From assembly GCF_009914755.1 (NCBI RefSeq), contig NC_060927.1: a DNA stretch of 64,000 nt. The stretch is one strand, 5' to 3'. The DNA comes from the human T2T-CHM13v2.0 reference genome, Homo sapiens. Shown piece by piece: positions 10,880 to 26,109 of this stretch (position 1 is the stretch's first letter; every line of letters begins with the position of its first letter). Both the position numbers and the translations under genes were made by a program. The notes under the pieces are model-generated. The model had not been told where the DNA came from and searched no databases. It saw nothing but the letters and a program-made list of their open reading frames with translations.

Positions 10880-13288
10880 CTATCAACCTACAATTAGCGG
10901 GGAATCGGAGGGATGAGTTCTGTGGTCAGCAGGGTCCCGTGTTTTTGTTTTGTATTTCAGGTCTGTGCGAGGCTGATTACTTCACTACCCACAACCATGT
11001 TTGTGAGGCTGAGGTGAATGCTGTTTGCTTCACTGTGATTCAGGCCCATCTCTAGGCATCCTTAATCCTGTCTAGTTTTCTGCTCCTAGCTTAAGTGCAG
11101 AGGACAGGTGAGATAATGGCTCAGCATAAATCTATCAACTTAAGAGGAAAAACAGCTTCCAAATACTGGCCTTTCATATCTGAAACATAAACAGTAAAGG
11201 CAGCACTGAGACCAAGAAGGCTCTAGAAAGGCTGGCAATGGTATGGTAAGTGTCCTAGCCTGTTGAGTAGTAAAATCTGCTATGTACCCTCAGACAAATT
11301 ACTTCTTTTCTTCCTCAGTTTCCCTACCAATAAAAGGGATGGGGTTAATTTCTGAAAGTCACCCAAGTCTAAAGCTTTATGACTCTAAGTAATGACAGCT
11401 GGCACTTGTTGCTGTATATTTTCATCAAGTGTTGAGGTCAGAGTTTTATATGCTATCTCTACGTGCAGGTAACAGACACAGAGAGGTCAGGCTGCTTATC
11501 CAAGTTCATATTGAATATGGCAGCGCTGGAATTCCAAACTATATAATTTGACGCTCGTGTCCATGCCTTTGACTGCTCTCCTGCAGTATTTCTCTGTGTG
11601 ACCCAAATCAATCGAGGACAATTTTTTTTTTCTTCTTTGGAAGAGCTTAGACATACTTATCATGTGTTTCTTGCTCCAGGCAGTGGCAAGATATTTTACT
11701 CTGTGACTGTCTCTTCTTAATATCTGTTGCAGCCCACTGAGGTTTTATACCCTGGGGATTTAGAATCATGTGGCAAAAAGTTGTTGCTGTTGAGGAGGAA
11801 GAGATGTGTAAAAACAGCAAATAGCGTACTGGTTTATTCCATGTGCTTGTGCGACTGATGCTTGGGCTTAGCCATGATCTTGAGAACCAATAATAAGTAG
11901 AAGAGATATACACATAAAAGACAGAAGCAAAGGTAAGACTGTGAGTGTCAGAAGAGAGTGTAGACAAAGAACCAAGCCTCTAAGAGGCAGCATGGCAGAT
12001 TCTCAGAAATGGTTAATGATGACAGTATGAAAGCCATTGGGATGTTAATTTTTTTGCTTAGTGTTAATATATGTTAATGTTGACTTTTCAGAGCTTCTTA
12101 AGTGGTAAAAGCAGAACGAATGAACACATTACTAAGTAAGCAATCTGCTGTGTAATTATTTAGGGCTTGAGAAAAGGATCAGAGTACAAATATTGTATAA
12201 ATTTAACATGAATTTTAGTATTAAAACATTCAGGTTACTAAAACTACATTGCTGTGTGACTGACACAACCTTTTAAAATGGCCCTTTGAAGCTCCTTGGA
12301 GTCTTTGAGAGGGTAGTGAGGGGTAGTGGTTAAAAGCACAAACCTTTTGAATCCCATTACTGCCACTTAAAGTAACCTTGAGAAATTTGCATAACATCCT
12401 TGTGACTCACATTTTTTCTTCTTTTGAATGGCTCAAACCCTAGTGCTGTTATGAACATTAAACAAGTTCAGACATGCACATTATTTAAAATAGTAGCTGG
12501 TATAGAGCAAGCATACATGAAACGGTACTTATTATTTCAAGCAGATCAGATACGTTCCATTTCTGATCCTGCCATTTGCAAATGATCCTCATGTTTGTTC
12601 AGGAGGACTCTTTCATGCTTCGATTCTGTTACAGTCCCACTGAATGTCATAGTTAAATCGTAGTGAAAAGATACGCAGTTTCTCTAGAAAGAAGACACAA
12701 TGTTGTGTTCAGAAAAAGAGAAGGCAGCAATGGCAGGGGTATGAGCTTTCAATGAGATTTCTAGGTCCCCTCTCCAAGCCTTGCGATGTTTTCCCTCCTA
12801 GCTCTGGATAGTTTCCCTGGTTAGGACTAATGCCTGAGGGCTTCTTCTGAGGAGGGGTTGGCCAAGAGGGAGAATGGCGATGTGATATCAGATGACTCCC
12901 ACAGATCTGCAAGAATCTGTAGAGGGTAATGAGAGAAAAACAAACAAAACCTCAGTTTGATATTTTTATTATCAAGTGCCTCCCTTGTTTTCAGGGACAT
13001 AAAACTTCCCCCACAGATTGCCCCCTTAACTCCTAGCCTAGCAGGTCCATCTCTTCAGACAATTTGGGAGGGGATGAAATTTTAGCCATAAAACCTTCTG
13101 TTTCAGTCATAAAAGGTTACCTTGAAACAAGGTGCTGAAGGACTGTTCCTTTTATCCTTTCACTTGTGTCATTTGGGGAAGATCCTTTTTATCTTAGAGA
13201 TACTAGAAACATTCAACTGATTTGAACAAGAATCAAGGTCAAATTGCTAATATTTTACTTGTAATCTCTTTAATATGACACTAGCTTT

Positions 13289-13717
13289 ATTAGTGGGGGT
13301 TCTTCAAAGAATAGACTATATGTGTGTATTTGTGTGTCTGTGGAGAGAGAGGAGAGAGAGAGAGAGGAAGGGAGAGACAGAGATTTATTATAAGAAATTG
13401 GCTCATTCAGTTGTGGGAGCTGCCAAATTTAACATTCGTAAAGTGTTCCAGCAGGCGGAAGACTTGAATAAGAGTTGACTTCACAGTCTAGAGTCTGAAA
13501 TTTTTTAGGTTTCAGAATTCCTGCTCTTCTGGGAAACCTCCGTATTTCCTTGATTGAATTAAGCCCATCAAATTACGGAGGGTAATGCACTTTATTCACA
13601 GTCTACTGATTTAAATGTTAATCACAACTAAAGAATACAGCCACATCTGGGCTGGTATTAACCTAGCATGTGGACACCATAGCCTAGCCAAGTGGACACA
13701 TAAAATCAACCATCACA
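13289..13717 (-). mobile_element. MLT2-family (ERVL) solo LTR
   Basis: Ends CCTAGCCAAGTGGACACATAAAATCAACCATCACA (reverse complement of the MLT2 5' end); internal TG/GA-rich tract and GAAATTGGCTCA. Confidence 0.75.
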
Positions 13718-14295
13718 CTCACTAACACTTACTGATCATTTAGATTCTAAGGGCTTTGTTGTATAAACTTACTTAGTGCTCAAAAAAGCCACTGAATTAG
13801 ATAACTATCAACACAGATGAGAAAAGTGAGGTGTGAAAAAGTAAAGTAGTTTATCCCAAGTTACACAGCTAGCAAAAAGCAGAGTTGGCCTCCAAACTCA
13901 GTTGTTCTGGCTCTTGATCCAGAAAGCTTATGTGGTACGCTATCCTACACCTGAAGCAAATATTTATCAGTTACCTCCTTTGTATCTCTCCAAAGTTACA
14001 ACTACCTAGTACAGTGATACCCAAAGACTGCATCCTCATCAGGCCACCAAATCAGAGTCATATCAGAGTGAATAGGAAGTACTCAGTAAGTGAGGGGTAA
14101 CTAACGGAATTAGTGAACAGATGGATGGACTGATAGAGGAAGACTCTCTAATCTTTATTATAATCCAAGGCACTAGGAACACTTTAGTGAATAAAACAAT
14201 TTTGACTCACAAGTAGATCTTGTTTTTTTTGTGTGTGTTTAGAGAACATATCAAAGCAGAAATAAGTAGCAATGCGATGAAGATCATAATTTTTT

Positions 14296-14586
14296 GGACA
14301 GGTGTGGTGGCTCATCCCTATAATCCTAACAGCTTGGGAGGCCAAGGTGAGAGAATTACTTGATTGCAGGAGCTCGAGACTAGCCTGAACAAAATAGTAA
14401 GATTCCATCTCTACAAAAAAAAAAAATAGCTAGACATGGGTGGCATGCACCTATAGTCCCAGCAACTCGGGAGGCTGAGGTAGGAGAATCACTTGGGCTC
14501 GAGAGATGGAGGCTATAGTGAGCTGTGATCATGCCACTGCACTCCTGCCTGGGTGACAGAGTGAGACCTGTCACACACACACAAAA
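14296..14586 (+). mobile_element. AluJ
   Basis: Diverged Alu dimer with J-type diagnostics (GAGGCTATAGTGAGCTGTGATCATGCCACTGCACTCC...GTGAGACCTGTC). Confidence 0.9.
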
Positions 14587-16679
14587 TATCTTAATTTTTA
14601 ATACCTTGATTTTTGGGATAAGACAGAATCTAGGATATGATACTACTTTCTCTCTCCATTAGACATGATGTTAGGCAAGTTAATTAATCTTTCTATGCCT
14701 CATTTTCTCCATCTGTAAAAGAAAAGAAATATGTGTATCTCACAGTGTTGTGAGGAGTAAATAAAATTGATTGAAGTCACTTATGGATAATGCTAAATCC
14801 TGTATCTGGAACTTGGAAAGTGTTTGATAAATGATAGCAGTACTGTGAGAACCTGGGTAAGTATTCCATTAGCAAGGAATAGAGTGTGGTAGGCTGGCTG
14901 TGACTTGATCCTGCTGAACAAAATATTTGAACTAAACTCCCAGCTACATAAGGGAGAGAACATTCTACGTAAAAAAAAAAAACAAGATTTTATATATAAA
15001 TATAGAGCAGTGTTACAAACTGGTGAGTTGCATCTCAAGTTTGACCTGAATATGCATTTTGTTTGAACTGCTCAGCAATTTTCCAAAAACTAAATTAGCT
15101 TTTAACTTTGAAAAATTGAAAGATTTCCCTAAAAATCTAGATTCTCTTTTGTTTAGAGTAATCAAACGAGATGGCAATACTATGCAGCTCTATGGTTTCT
15201 GATTTCTCCAAAGTATCTGCTATTTCTACTTTGTTCATTTATGTTACTTCTCTGGGCCCTGTAGGCATTTGGTGCAACATATGCATAGGTAGTGCACAAC
15301 GTAAATAGTTTAACTTACAGGATTTGCATGCCAAGCTAAGTGTGGACTTTATCACATAGTAGTCAATAAGGAGCAATCACAGAATTTCCAGAAGACACTT
15401 GAGCAAATTTGTTATTTTTTGGGGGGGAGGCAGAAGGAAGAGATATAAGTTAATTTAATGAACAAGCTGAATAGTTTAGGGATGGGTTGGTGAGAGGGTT
15501 TGAACTATGTCAAAGGCGGGACATTGCAGATAGAGAGATGAGTGCACCCACCAGAGACGGGTGAAAGTGAATATTTATACCTTTATGTGATTTCATATCT
15601 ATTCTGAGCTAAGAGCCATGACAATTTCAAAAACTTCTGGGGATTTTACCCAGTCATCACAGGACGGAGACATTACTTGTGTTCCTAAAGGAGATCAAAC
15701 ATTGGATAGGAAGAATGACTCTTATTCCCTATCTCAGTTTTAGCCATTTCAGAGAGGAAGGAGAAGCTCAACCTTTTGAATTTATACAGTATGTCAATCT
15801 TTATTATGGCTCTTTCCTGAGGGATTTTCAAGAACAATAATATTATGCATGATTTTAGCCTGTAAGATGCAATTTGGCTGTATTGTCTTAGGAGGAATAA
15901 TAAGACTTGGAACCAGGAAGATTGATGAGGAAAAGTGGGTATTAGACATTAGTTTTGATTAATATGCTCATGCAAATCATTAACTTAACCTGTGGTTATT
16001 TAACTTTTTTTCTCAGGGGAATAAAAAGACATTCAATGGTTTAAAGGAGGAATAATACCTGATAAGACTTGCATTTGAACATTACTCTGAACAGTGAAGA
16101 ATGCTTTGGGGAGAGGAATCTTAGAGAGGTATAGCAGTGTATTCCAGTTAGAAGGATGTTAGTATTATCTAGGTGAGGAATGGACTTCAGGACTGAAGTC
16201 TGAATTGAAAGAAAAACAGGAAAAGAAACAGTTGAAAAAGTATGATGGGGTTGGATTCTTAGTGTACTAGAGACCAGTTAGCTGACTAATTTGGGGACTA
16301 TTGAAATATTGTAGAAGAAATATCTCAACCGTCCCCCCCCCACCAGCATCACTTAATCATATACATGACTGAATACAAGATTATATGCAATTTCAGGTTC
16401 GCTAGCTAGAAATGTTTCCAAAATTGAGAATATAGTACCTAATATTCTGAGTTCCAACTGTATGCTCACTATTCTAAGCATTCTGCCTGAGATTCTAGAG
16501 GCAGAAACTTGAACGACCTTTTGTTTACTGAAAAACTATTGTTTCATTGTGAAATATTGGTTCTAAGGAATAAACTATTAAAATACTCAATTATGCTGTT
16601 TTATAATAATAGTAACTAGTTGTGATCCATGTTCTAACTGAGGCTCACTCTCTGTGTGTCATAATGAAGTTGTTTAAGT

Positions 16680-16940
16680 CAATATGGTAAAAATGGCAAG
16701 AAGCATGAGCTGTAGCTTCAGATTGATGCATTCCAATCTTGGCTTTGCTGGTTGCTCGCTGTGTGATATTAGATAAGTTACTTATCATCCTCTGGATGCT
16801 TCATTTTTTTATTTGCAAAATAAGAATACTAGTACTACTTTCATCATCCGGTGGTGGTGAAGGGTGGGTTATTACATATAACTTATTTAGAAAAGAGCCC
16901 GGCACATGTTAGCTGCTCAAGAAATGTTATCTCTTGTAAT
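16680..16940 (+). mobile_element. MIR SINE fragment
   Basis: MIR-core-like GCTGTGTGATATTAGATAAGTTACTT...TTTGCAAAATAAGAATA...GGCACATG...GCTCAAGAAATGTTA. Confidence 0.65.
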
Positions 16941-17751
16941 AACTGGTATAGGAGGAAGATGTGAGAATCGGAACAAGTACATGACCCTAAGGATGGAGAA
17001 TGGGGTGAAGTGAGAGATTTTACAATGGAACAAGTTGCCTTATTGTGTCATAAGATGAATTATAAATAATTAACATGCCATAACCACTAGGAAAATAATC
17101 AAAAGTAAAATTAATTTTCCAAAGACATGCATGTGTCTATGTAACTTTTAACCTTCAAATTTAAAACTAAAGTCTTAAAATAAATCTGCTACTCTTTCAG
17201 CCTTATCCTGTTCTCTCTCCTACCTAAGAAAGCCTCAGAAACAACTGCTTATTCTATGACATTTGCACAAGGTAGAGGTTAAACCAGGGAGAACCAGAAT
17301 CAATGAGTAAACATGAGAAATAGAAAGAGGACAGAGTGCAACATTGCAAAAGTCCCACAGTTAGGAATGAATTTGAAACTGATTTTCTGTTACTCTGACC
17401 TTTGCTACCATACCTATGTGAGGTTAGGGTCAATAGATGAGCATGATCTGCTGTCTGATTATGCCTGCCCTTAGTGCTGCAGAGACCATCCTGGCTGGAA
17501 TTTGAATGCAAACAGTGATGTCTTCTCCCAAGCAACTTTCTTCCTCTACCGTTGACATTAATGGTGGCTGCCACCATATTCCCACAAGCTTTATCAAATA
17601 TTTACTGAGTACACAGTTTACTAAACACAGCTCCAGGATTTAGAACAGCCAAAGGCTTGTTTATTATTTGCTACAGTATTATTTGGTAAAAATTGTCTTT
17701 GGAATCCTAGGCAGGATATAGAAAGTAGCATTTAGTTATAATCTAGGCCCT

Positions 17752-17928
17752 AACTGCATTGTCCAACTTGATAGCCACTAGTCACACATGGCTATTTAAA
17801 TTTTAATTAATGAAAATTAAAAATTCAGTTCCTCTGTTGTACTTGACAATTTCAAGTAACTACATACTGGCAATGCAGATATAGAGCATTCTGCCACCTC
17901 ACGTACTTATGTTGTTCATCACTACTAG
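17752..17928. mobile_element. MER3-like hAT-Charlie MITE fragment
   Basis: ATAGCCACTAGTCACACATGGCTATTTAAATTTTAATTAA...AATTCAGTTCCTC. Confidence 0.65.
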
Positions 17929-18013
17929 AGTGTTCTTGTCACAGTTCTAAAATGTATTTGACTACACGGATAGTCTCTGTTGAAATTTTTAAAATATCTC
18001 TCTAAAAATTAGT

Positions 18014-18495
18014 CTATTAGTTTTCTGTGGTTACTGTAATGAATTACCACAAATTTAGTGGCTTAAAACAGCAAATTTGTTATTTGCAGTTCTGTAGTTG
18101 AGAAAACTGAAAGGGATCTCACTGGGCTATAATTAAAATGTCCACAAGCCTATGTACTTCTCTGGAGGCTCCATTCCTTGTCCTGGTACATTCTAGAGGG
18201 ATCTATATCCCTTGGCTCATGGCCATCTTCCTCCGTCTTCAAAGCCAGCAAGTATGGGCCAAATGCTTTTCACAAAGCCATTTCTCGGTTCACTCTCTTT
18301 ACCTCCTTCTGACATTTATAAGGACACTTGTGATAACATTGGGCTCATTCAGATAATCCAAGATAATCACATCTCAAGATCAATTGATGAACAATCTTAA
18401 TTCCCATCGTGCCATGTAATATAACATATCTCTGAGTTTGAAGAATAAAGACATGTATATATTTGGCAGAGGGAGGTTATTATTCTACCTACCAT
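18014..18495 (-). mobile_element. MLT1 (MaLR) solo LTR
   Basis: TATTAGTTTTCT...TTACCACAAATTTAGTGGCTTAAAACAGC...TATTCTACCTACCA. Confidence 0.8.
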
Positions 18496-19820
18496 CATGA
18501 GTAAATATTTTATGAAGTACATTGATTTTCCTTGTAGAAAGAGGCTATGTAAATATATTGCAGATAATTATTCACATATTTCTGAATTTAACAAAAGTTC
18601 TGATTATATGTAATGAAATTAATTAATAAAAATAAGATATTAATAGTTTGCTTAATATGCACCAGACAGTAAGGGCTAAGATTTTAAGAGCTTATATGCA
18701 TGAACTCATGATTGAGTAAAGAGAGACATTAATAACACCTTAAGTAGGAGTGTGGGATAAATGAAGACATGGAATCTTAATTGGGAAAATGGGGTTCTCT
18801 TCCTGGCATAGCCACTTACTCACCTGTGCAATTTCTAAGGATTTAAATTTTTCAGGTAGATAAAAGGAGAACAGATTAAAATTATCTCTAAGGTCTCCTC
18901 CGACACTTAAATTTTTCCACTATTAATTAAGTTAGCAGAAAGATAAGATTATGCAAAAGCACAATATCGAGTAATACAGAATTGCTGTGTATTACTGGAA
19001 AATTAAACAAGATAATATGACTTGGAAGACTAAAGAAAGATTATTTAATCAGGTATAGCAGAGCATGATTTTTTTTTTTTTTGTTACAAGACATACTATG
19101 GCTTAAGAGACTGGATAGTAAAGAAACTGAATAAAAATAGTCAAACCGAGCCCAGAAACTGATGGCATACACTTTGCTTTATTAAGGATTGAGATTGAAG
19201 GAGGAATACGAAGGGAACATTGTATTTCCAGTTGGGTTAAACTGACATTAATTATTAGTCGTACACATGATTAAGCAAATTTTTATCCCCCTGCTTTATT
19301 GTAGTCAGGTGTTTAGGGAAAAAGGAGAATATTACTGCCATTAGAAGAGCTACATCTCTGTCAAAAGCTATCAGACCATACCCAAATAAACCTTTACACC
19401 CAACAAGGTTGATAAACAACTGAGACTCTTTTTGTGGTAGACATTAGCATGTGCGTTATGCGGTAACTCAAAGAGTGAGACAAAGGAATTTTCTCAATAA
19501 AATTAGGTAATTTCATTCTATTTTAAATGAAATAGACCTCAGGTTTAGGAACTCTAAGGATCCACAACTTTCAGATCAAGGTGTGTTAAAATAATTTATT
19601 TTCCCTAAAAGGGTATTAATTCTAAGACTTATTCAGATTCTTAGAAATATTTGGGCCAATGGCACTGTAAGTATGTTAACAAATTACCCATTTTGAGTGC
19701 CTTAAAGTACTTTAAGTATATGCACTATTACTCAAAAACTATGGATAAAATTTTATATAATACCAGTAGGATATTTTCCCTTATAGGGATTGAATACTAT
19801 GTAGCTAAAACAATTATCAG

Positions 19821-19826
19821 TCTATC

Positions 19827-19873
<47 letters not shown>

Positions 19874-19876
19874 ATC
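19821..19876. repeat. (TCTA)n tetranucleotide STR
   Basis: About 11 perfect TCTA units flanked by TCA interruptions. Confidence 0.95.
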
Positions 19877-21260
19877 TTTCTATAAATCTACTGATCTTTC
19901 ATCTTTCTATGATATTCTGCCTAATGTTCAGCAGCCCATTGTGCATGCCACACTTACTAAAATCTTATCATAACGTGGAGTTCTTTCTCTGATAATGAAA
20001 AAGAAAAGTATGCTGTCCCTCCTTGAAATTCTATGATTTTTCACTCTCTATTACACACATTTACTCATTCAATCATTTATTAATCTTTCATATTCTTCAA
20101 AGGTGTATTATTTGCAAGGCACTGGAAATACTGTGATAAAAGGCACATACTTCAATGGGGTGAGGGGTAACATGCAGCTGACAGAAACATTGTCACAGAA
20201 CCATGTAAATTTTATGAAAATTTTAGGTAAAGAGTATTATGGAATCAGGGTAGAGTGGCATCTAAAATTTGAGACAAGGAGGAGGGGCTAGAGTTGCCAT
20301 TAAAAAGATATTGCTTAAAGTGGAATCTTGAAGAACATGAATGAATCATTCATGATTTCTTCCATTCATTCATTTATTGCTACTCTGCCAAAATGATGCA
20401 AAAACAAAGCCATTCCTGTGCTCAAGTAATTAAAAATCTATTTGAGAAATAACTTGTAGCAAACTGGAGTACAGAGTGATTGTTGTTAGGATAAAACTAT
20501 ACGTGTGTGTTTAGCACAATGAGGGAAGTTGTAGTGGGCTAGCAGAAGGATGTACTCAGATTAGGGAGAGCAATATCAGATAAGAGGAAAAGTATTTGAG
20601 AAGTGGAAGGATAAGAAATTTGACTGGAGTATATGCTATATCAGGTAGGGAGCCATGGAATATGAAGCTGCAAAATGGAATAAAGAGACTGAGAAGGGCC
20701 CACTATGCTAAAGACTTTGAGCTTCATCTCTTAGGTTGTGTGCAAGCACTGAATGATTTGTGGACAAGCACTGGACAATTTTTTGTGTGTGCTCCTCTAC
20801 ATCCATTCTGCAACATTTTCCACTCAGTCTGTTCCCCAGCAACTGAATCTTTCCACTTGCATTCATAGTCTCTCTTGCTCTCTGGCTTTGGCCAAAGAGA
20901 AGCACCTTTAGAAAGTCAGAGCACAGGAGAAAAGTGAAACTGGAATGGTAGATGTTGTTGGTAACCACCACGTCATCTTCTTTGTTAGGAGGGTAACCCA
21001 TCTCCCAGGTGCTACAGGTATTGGTTACTAGCAAATTGCATTGTTAGCAGCAATGAGGAAAGCCCTTGGCTAGTGAGAGCCATGTGACTTAGAGATGCCT
21101 GGGAAGGTATGCAGCTTTCCTCTTCACCAGTGGCTGGTAAGCGGTGGTTGACCTATGCAATGGTGGAACAGCCTTGCCCCCTTGCATCTAGGCAGTAGAA
21201 TCTCTGGAAACAATTTGTACTCCAGAGCTCGTTGTGGGTTCAGTCTAAAGATGAATTCTT

Positions 21261-21630
21261 TTATTTTTCTTTTCTTTTCTTTTTATTCTTTTCTTTCCTT
21301 TTCTTTTTTCTTTTTTTTTTTTTTTGTTTGTTGTGTTTGTTTGTTTTTGAGATGGAGTTTTGCTCTGTTGCCCTGGCTAGAGTGCAGTGGCACGATCTTA
21401 ACTCACTGCAACCTATGGCTCCCAGGTTCAAGCGATTCTCCTGCCACAGCCTCCCTAGTAGCTGAGATTACAGGCACCCGCCACCATGCCCAGCTAATTT
21501 TTGTATTTTTAGTAGGGACGGAGTTTCACCACGTTGGCCAGGCTGGTCTCGAACTCTTGACCTCAGGTGATCCTCTCGCCTCTGCCTCCCAAAGTGCTAG
21601 GATTACAGATGTGAGCCACTGCACCTGGCC
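21261..21630 (-). mobile_element. AluSx/Sz-like with long compound T-rich tail
   Basis: Reverse Alu dimer. TSD CTAAAGATGAATTCTT (21245-21260) versus CTGAGGATGAATTCTT (21631-21646). Confidence 0.95.
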
Positions 21631-21719
21631 CTGAGGATGAATTCTTCTGAAATCACATCTTCATCTAGCTTCTTCCTTTGTACTCTTCTGCTACTCTTGC
21701 CTCTTTAAAGGTTTATCCT

Positions 21720-22027
<308 letters not shown>

Positions 22028-25000
22028 CTAAGGGCATGCCCTGAATAAATGACTTGCATAAAATTATCTGTCTCAGACACTGATTCTAGAGAACACAGCT
22101 TCTAGGGAGCTCAATATAAATGACAGTTATTGCTAGAAATTGTCCCATAAAGCAGACTCTAAAGATTTAATTCTGGAGTTGAATCAGACCCCAGCTTGGT
22201 AGTAAGGATGACCCCAAACCTAGTGGTAAGTAGAGTATTTATAGTTTCTTGAATGTTCTAACAGTACAATTGCTCAAGTGTTGGAGATGCCGTAGCTTTT
22301 ACAGTGTCTTTGGCATTTGAGAGAAGTAGGGGAAATAATAAGATTATGGAACGTGGAATTTGGTGTTAGTTGTTGTGTGCCTTTTGGTTACTCAGGAGAA
22401 AAAAAAATGACTAATCATTAATTTAAAACTAAGTGCAAAAGTCAGAGGTTATTTCTGGAAGTCTTTAAAGAGACTTTTCTCACTTGCAGCTTGGGAGCAT
22501 GTTGAGCCGGTGAACCATAGGCCTTAGTTGTGACAAGAGCAAAACTTCAGAAAAGCCTAAATTCATGCCTAGGTAAGACTCTGGATGCCATAATAAGGCA
22601 GATGTGCTTCAGAGAGTGGGAGTTAAGCCATGCAGATTCAGTGGCTTGCCACATATACGATGCTTTTAGGGATCCAGTGGTCTGGTGCATACTCGAACAT
22701 CCCTTCCAAGGTAAAGGGCAAAGTTATGGCATCTTTTGTATACTACCATTAAAAAAGAAGTAAAACACAGCACATACAACACTTGGGAATACTACAATGA
22801 ATGATTTAGCAAGTGCTGTGGAAAGTTCCCCGTTTTCAGTGAGGCCCTGAGCAAGAAAGGGCATGTTCAGGCCATATAGCACAAGCTGTCCTACCACATG
22901 GCTTATGTGGCCCAACAGATCCTATAGTTGCATAAAAGTTATCTCTAGGAGATAAAGGTTTTGTGTGGAGTCTCTGACAAGCCCCAACAGAAGGGTTTCA
23001 TAACAGGCTGCTGAGATTGTGGAGCAAGGCCATGCCATCTGCAGCAGAGCATGTGATTTAAAATGCAGTTGCATCAAGACATGAGACAAAAGCTGTTCGC
23101 CAAGAACTGGACGCTGGCAGTCCAAGTAATAAACTACAGCAGCCCCAACAGCAATTATTTATAAAATAGAAGTGTTACAGAATGGATCACCCTTAAAATA
23201 TCCAAAGGGCATATGTAAGCTGGATGAACAAATATTCCAGACTTCTTTGTCACCAGCACAGTCTCACCTGACACCACTCAATCAGCTCACACTTGTAACC
23301 TCATGGGAGAATCCTTATGAGCAGCTAATAGAGGAAGAAAACAACACAGGCTTGGTCCATGGATTGTTCATCTCAGTATGTTGGTGTGGACAATGGACTG
23401 CTGTTGTAATATAGCCCCACTTGGTAAGTCCTGGAAGACAGTATTCATGGGAAAATACAAACAGGAGGCAGGATTTGGGTTAGTGTTACTTGTAATCCAA
23501 TTTTGTTGAGTGACAAATGGCTTAAAAGAAGGCTATACACATGGTCATTGGTGGATAGCTTGGCCTGAACAAAGCAATGTTTTCATATTAGTGACAAGAA
23601 GATCCAAGAAAGAAGCATGTGGATGAACATATGGAAATGGGCAGAAACTAAGAAGAACTCACCATTACGTGTTAACCCTCATCAAGTTAGAGACACAAAG
23701 CAACCAAGTGTGGAGAATGGCCCAATAGATAAGAAGAAACTTAGCTAGCTGAAAGGTCTCACGAATGTAGTAGTCATGGCAGCATAGATGGAGACAATAT
23801 GTGGACGATAAGAATGCGTTCTCCTCTCACCAAAGCTCATATACCCGATGCCATATCCAACCTATCAACCAACACATTTCTGTGCTGAGCTCCTTATATG
23901 ATAATATTCTTTGACAAAACCAGCCAGACATTTTGGTGGCAAGCTGATAAAACTGGACTGCTCTCATCCTGACAAAAGCAACAATTAATCCTGAGTAGTA
24001 GTGACACACATTCCTAGGATGTGTTTGCCTTTTCTACCAGTAGTATTTCTGTCAGCATTATACAGAAAGGCTCACAGAGAGAGATATTGGATAGCATCTC
24101 ATACAATGTCACTTCAGATCAAGAGAACCCCTTTATGGCAAAGGAAGCCTGGTAGTGGGAACATGGCAAAGATATCCCCTGATCCTATGATACATTGAAT
24201 CAATTAGTGGCAGCTGACCCTATAGAGCATAGGAAAGCCCCTTTTAATGTATAGCTGTAGTACCATCTTGAAGATGATGCCTGTAGATGGAGACACTATA
24301 CTTCAGAAAGATGTACATTCATCCTAAACCAACAGCCATTACATGGTGCCAGGGTGCCCAGTAGGTAGAGTACATGAGTTCAGTAACCAAAAGATGGAGG
24401 AAATAGTAGCCCTACTTCACCGCCACTCCAAGAATTGACTAGGAGATGTTGTATTGCCTGTCTACTCAATTTTAGAGCCTGTGGATCCAGAGGTCCCAGA
24501 GAAGATATGCTTTCACTCAGGGACACAAGAGTCTCATAGAACTTAAAGATACAGCTGATACATGATCACTTCTAGTTCTTCAAGTGGACCAACAAGCAAG
24601 AAAAGGAATTATTATACTGCCAAGATTGTGTGCACTAGGATATTTGAATGTGTAGTGGGGTATTTTAGCCTGATTACCTAAGGAAAAGGGCTGCTGTTAC
24701 TTAATAGGGGCATGGAGAAATACTTTTCATACCTACGTGAACTGCAGGTTATCTCTTGGTACCCTCATGCCCAAGTTTAATTATAAATTGACAAGTACAG
24801 CAATTATTGCCTGGCAAGTGTGTGGTAACTAGGGAATCAAGGCTCTCAGGGATGAGTGTCTGAGACATCCCACCAGACAAGCCACCTAGATGAACTGAAG
24901 TCCTAGCTGAGTGTAAAAGGAATCTATAATTGTAGCTGACAGGGATAATGTGTATTATTGACAGCCTTGAGATCAATTGCAGCAAAGAAGGCTGTAATTC

Positions 25001-26109
25001 ATCCTACAAATGCTCCTCTTACAAGTTTTCCTAGAAATTGAGACCAACTCAAATTCTGAAGAAGCTAAGACCAGATAGGAAGAACTTATTGTGAGAAGTG
25101 AATGGATTTGAGAAGTGTGAGTGGCAGACTTGGAAGTGGCTCTTGGCACTTCTCCAGATCTCCTTGACTGGGCTGGTACACTCATACCCCTGCAGGTCTT
25201 GGCTGATAACTGCTCAAGTTAGCACATTTCACTGTAGGGTTGTCCTCAGCTGATTGAAGCTACCTCACCCAGAAATGCCTGAGAAGTTACACTGTTCTCT
25301 CTCCAAAGACTGACAAGTGCAGGGATAAGACAGTGCAGCTCTCTTTTCTCTGGCCAAGAAAATTATCTGATTATAATCTATGTTCTAGAGAGCTAACTAG
25401 GGGATTAGATTGAGACTAAACTTCTGAAATCATATTATTGCCTAACTCTACCCATCCTTCATCTTTTCCTGCTCTTCTTGCTTCCTTAAAGACTTCTAAG
25501 TGTATTCCTTCTAGAAATCACCTGCACAAGACTCTCTGTCTAATACTCTGCTTCTAGGCTTCTGGGCCTAACTCAATTACATGTGGCAATGGCTGGGTTT
25601 CTCTATGGAGAACCACAGTCTCACCTAGTGGTCATTTCCTGTGTATACATTATTCTTCATTTGTGTGTGACATTGGTTTCCTGTCACAATCCTGACTAAT
25701 GAAGCAGAAGCAAGCAGGGAGTGATGTGATTAGATTCACATTTAGAAAGCTCAATCTGGCAGCAGTGTTGAGGAGACAATGTATGAGAGGCAAGTCTAGT
25801 TGCAAAAATATAATTTCATAGATTATGGTAATAGTCTAGAAAATAATTGAAAAGGGCTAGAAGTTTAATGATCATTGGAAATAGCATACATTAGGTAAAC
25901 TTGTAAGATAGGTCAGCAGTAAAATTGATTTAAGGATTAATATGTCCTAACCTCCTGCAAGAATTGAAACCACATATACTGCCTTAAAAACTCATTAAAC
26001 AATTATTGTTTTACCACGTATGTAAAAAAAATTACTACTACTCCTGCGGAGCTTGTAGTCTTAATAGTGAATAATGACTATCTTGGTAGTTGTTATAAAA
26101 GTCAAAAAA

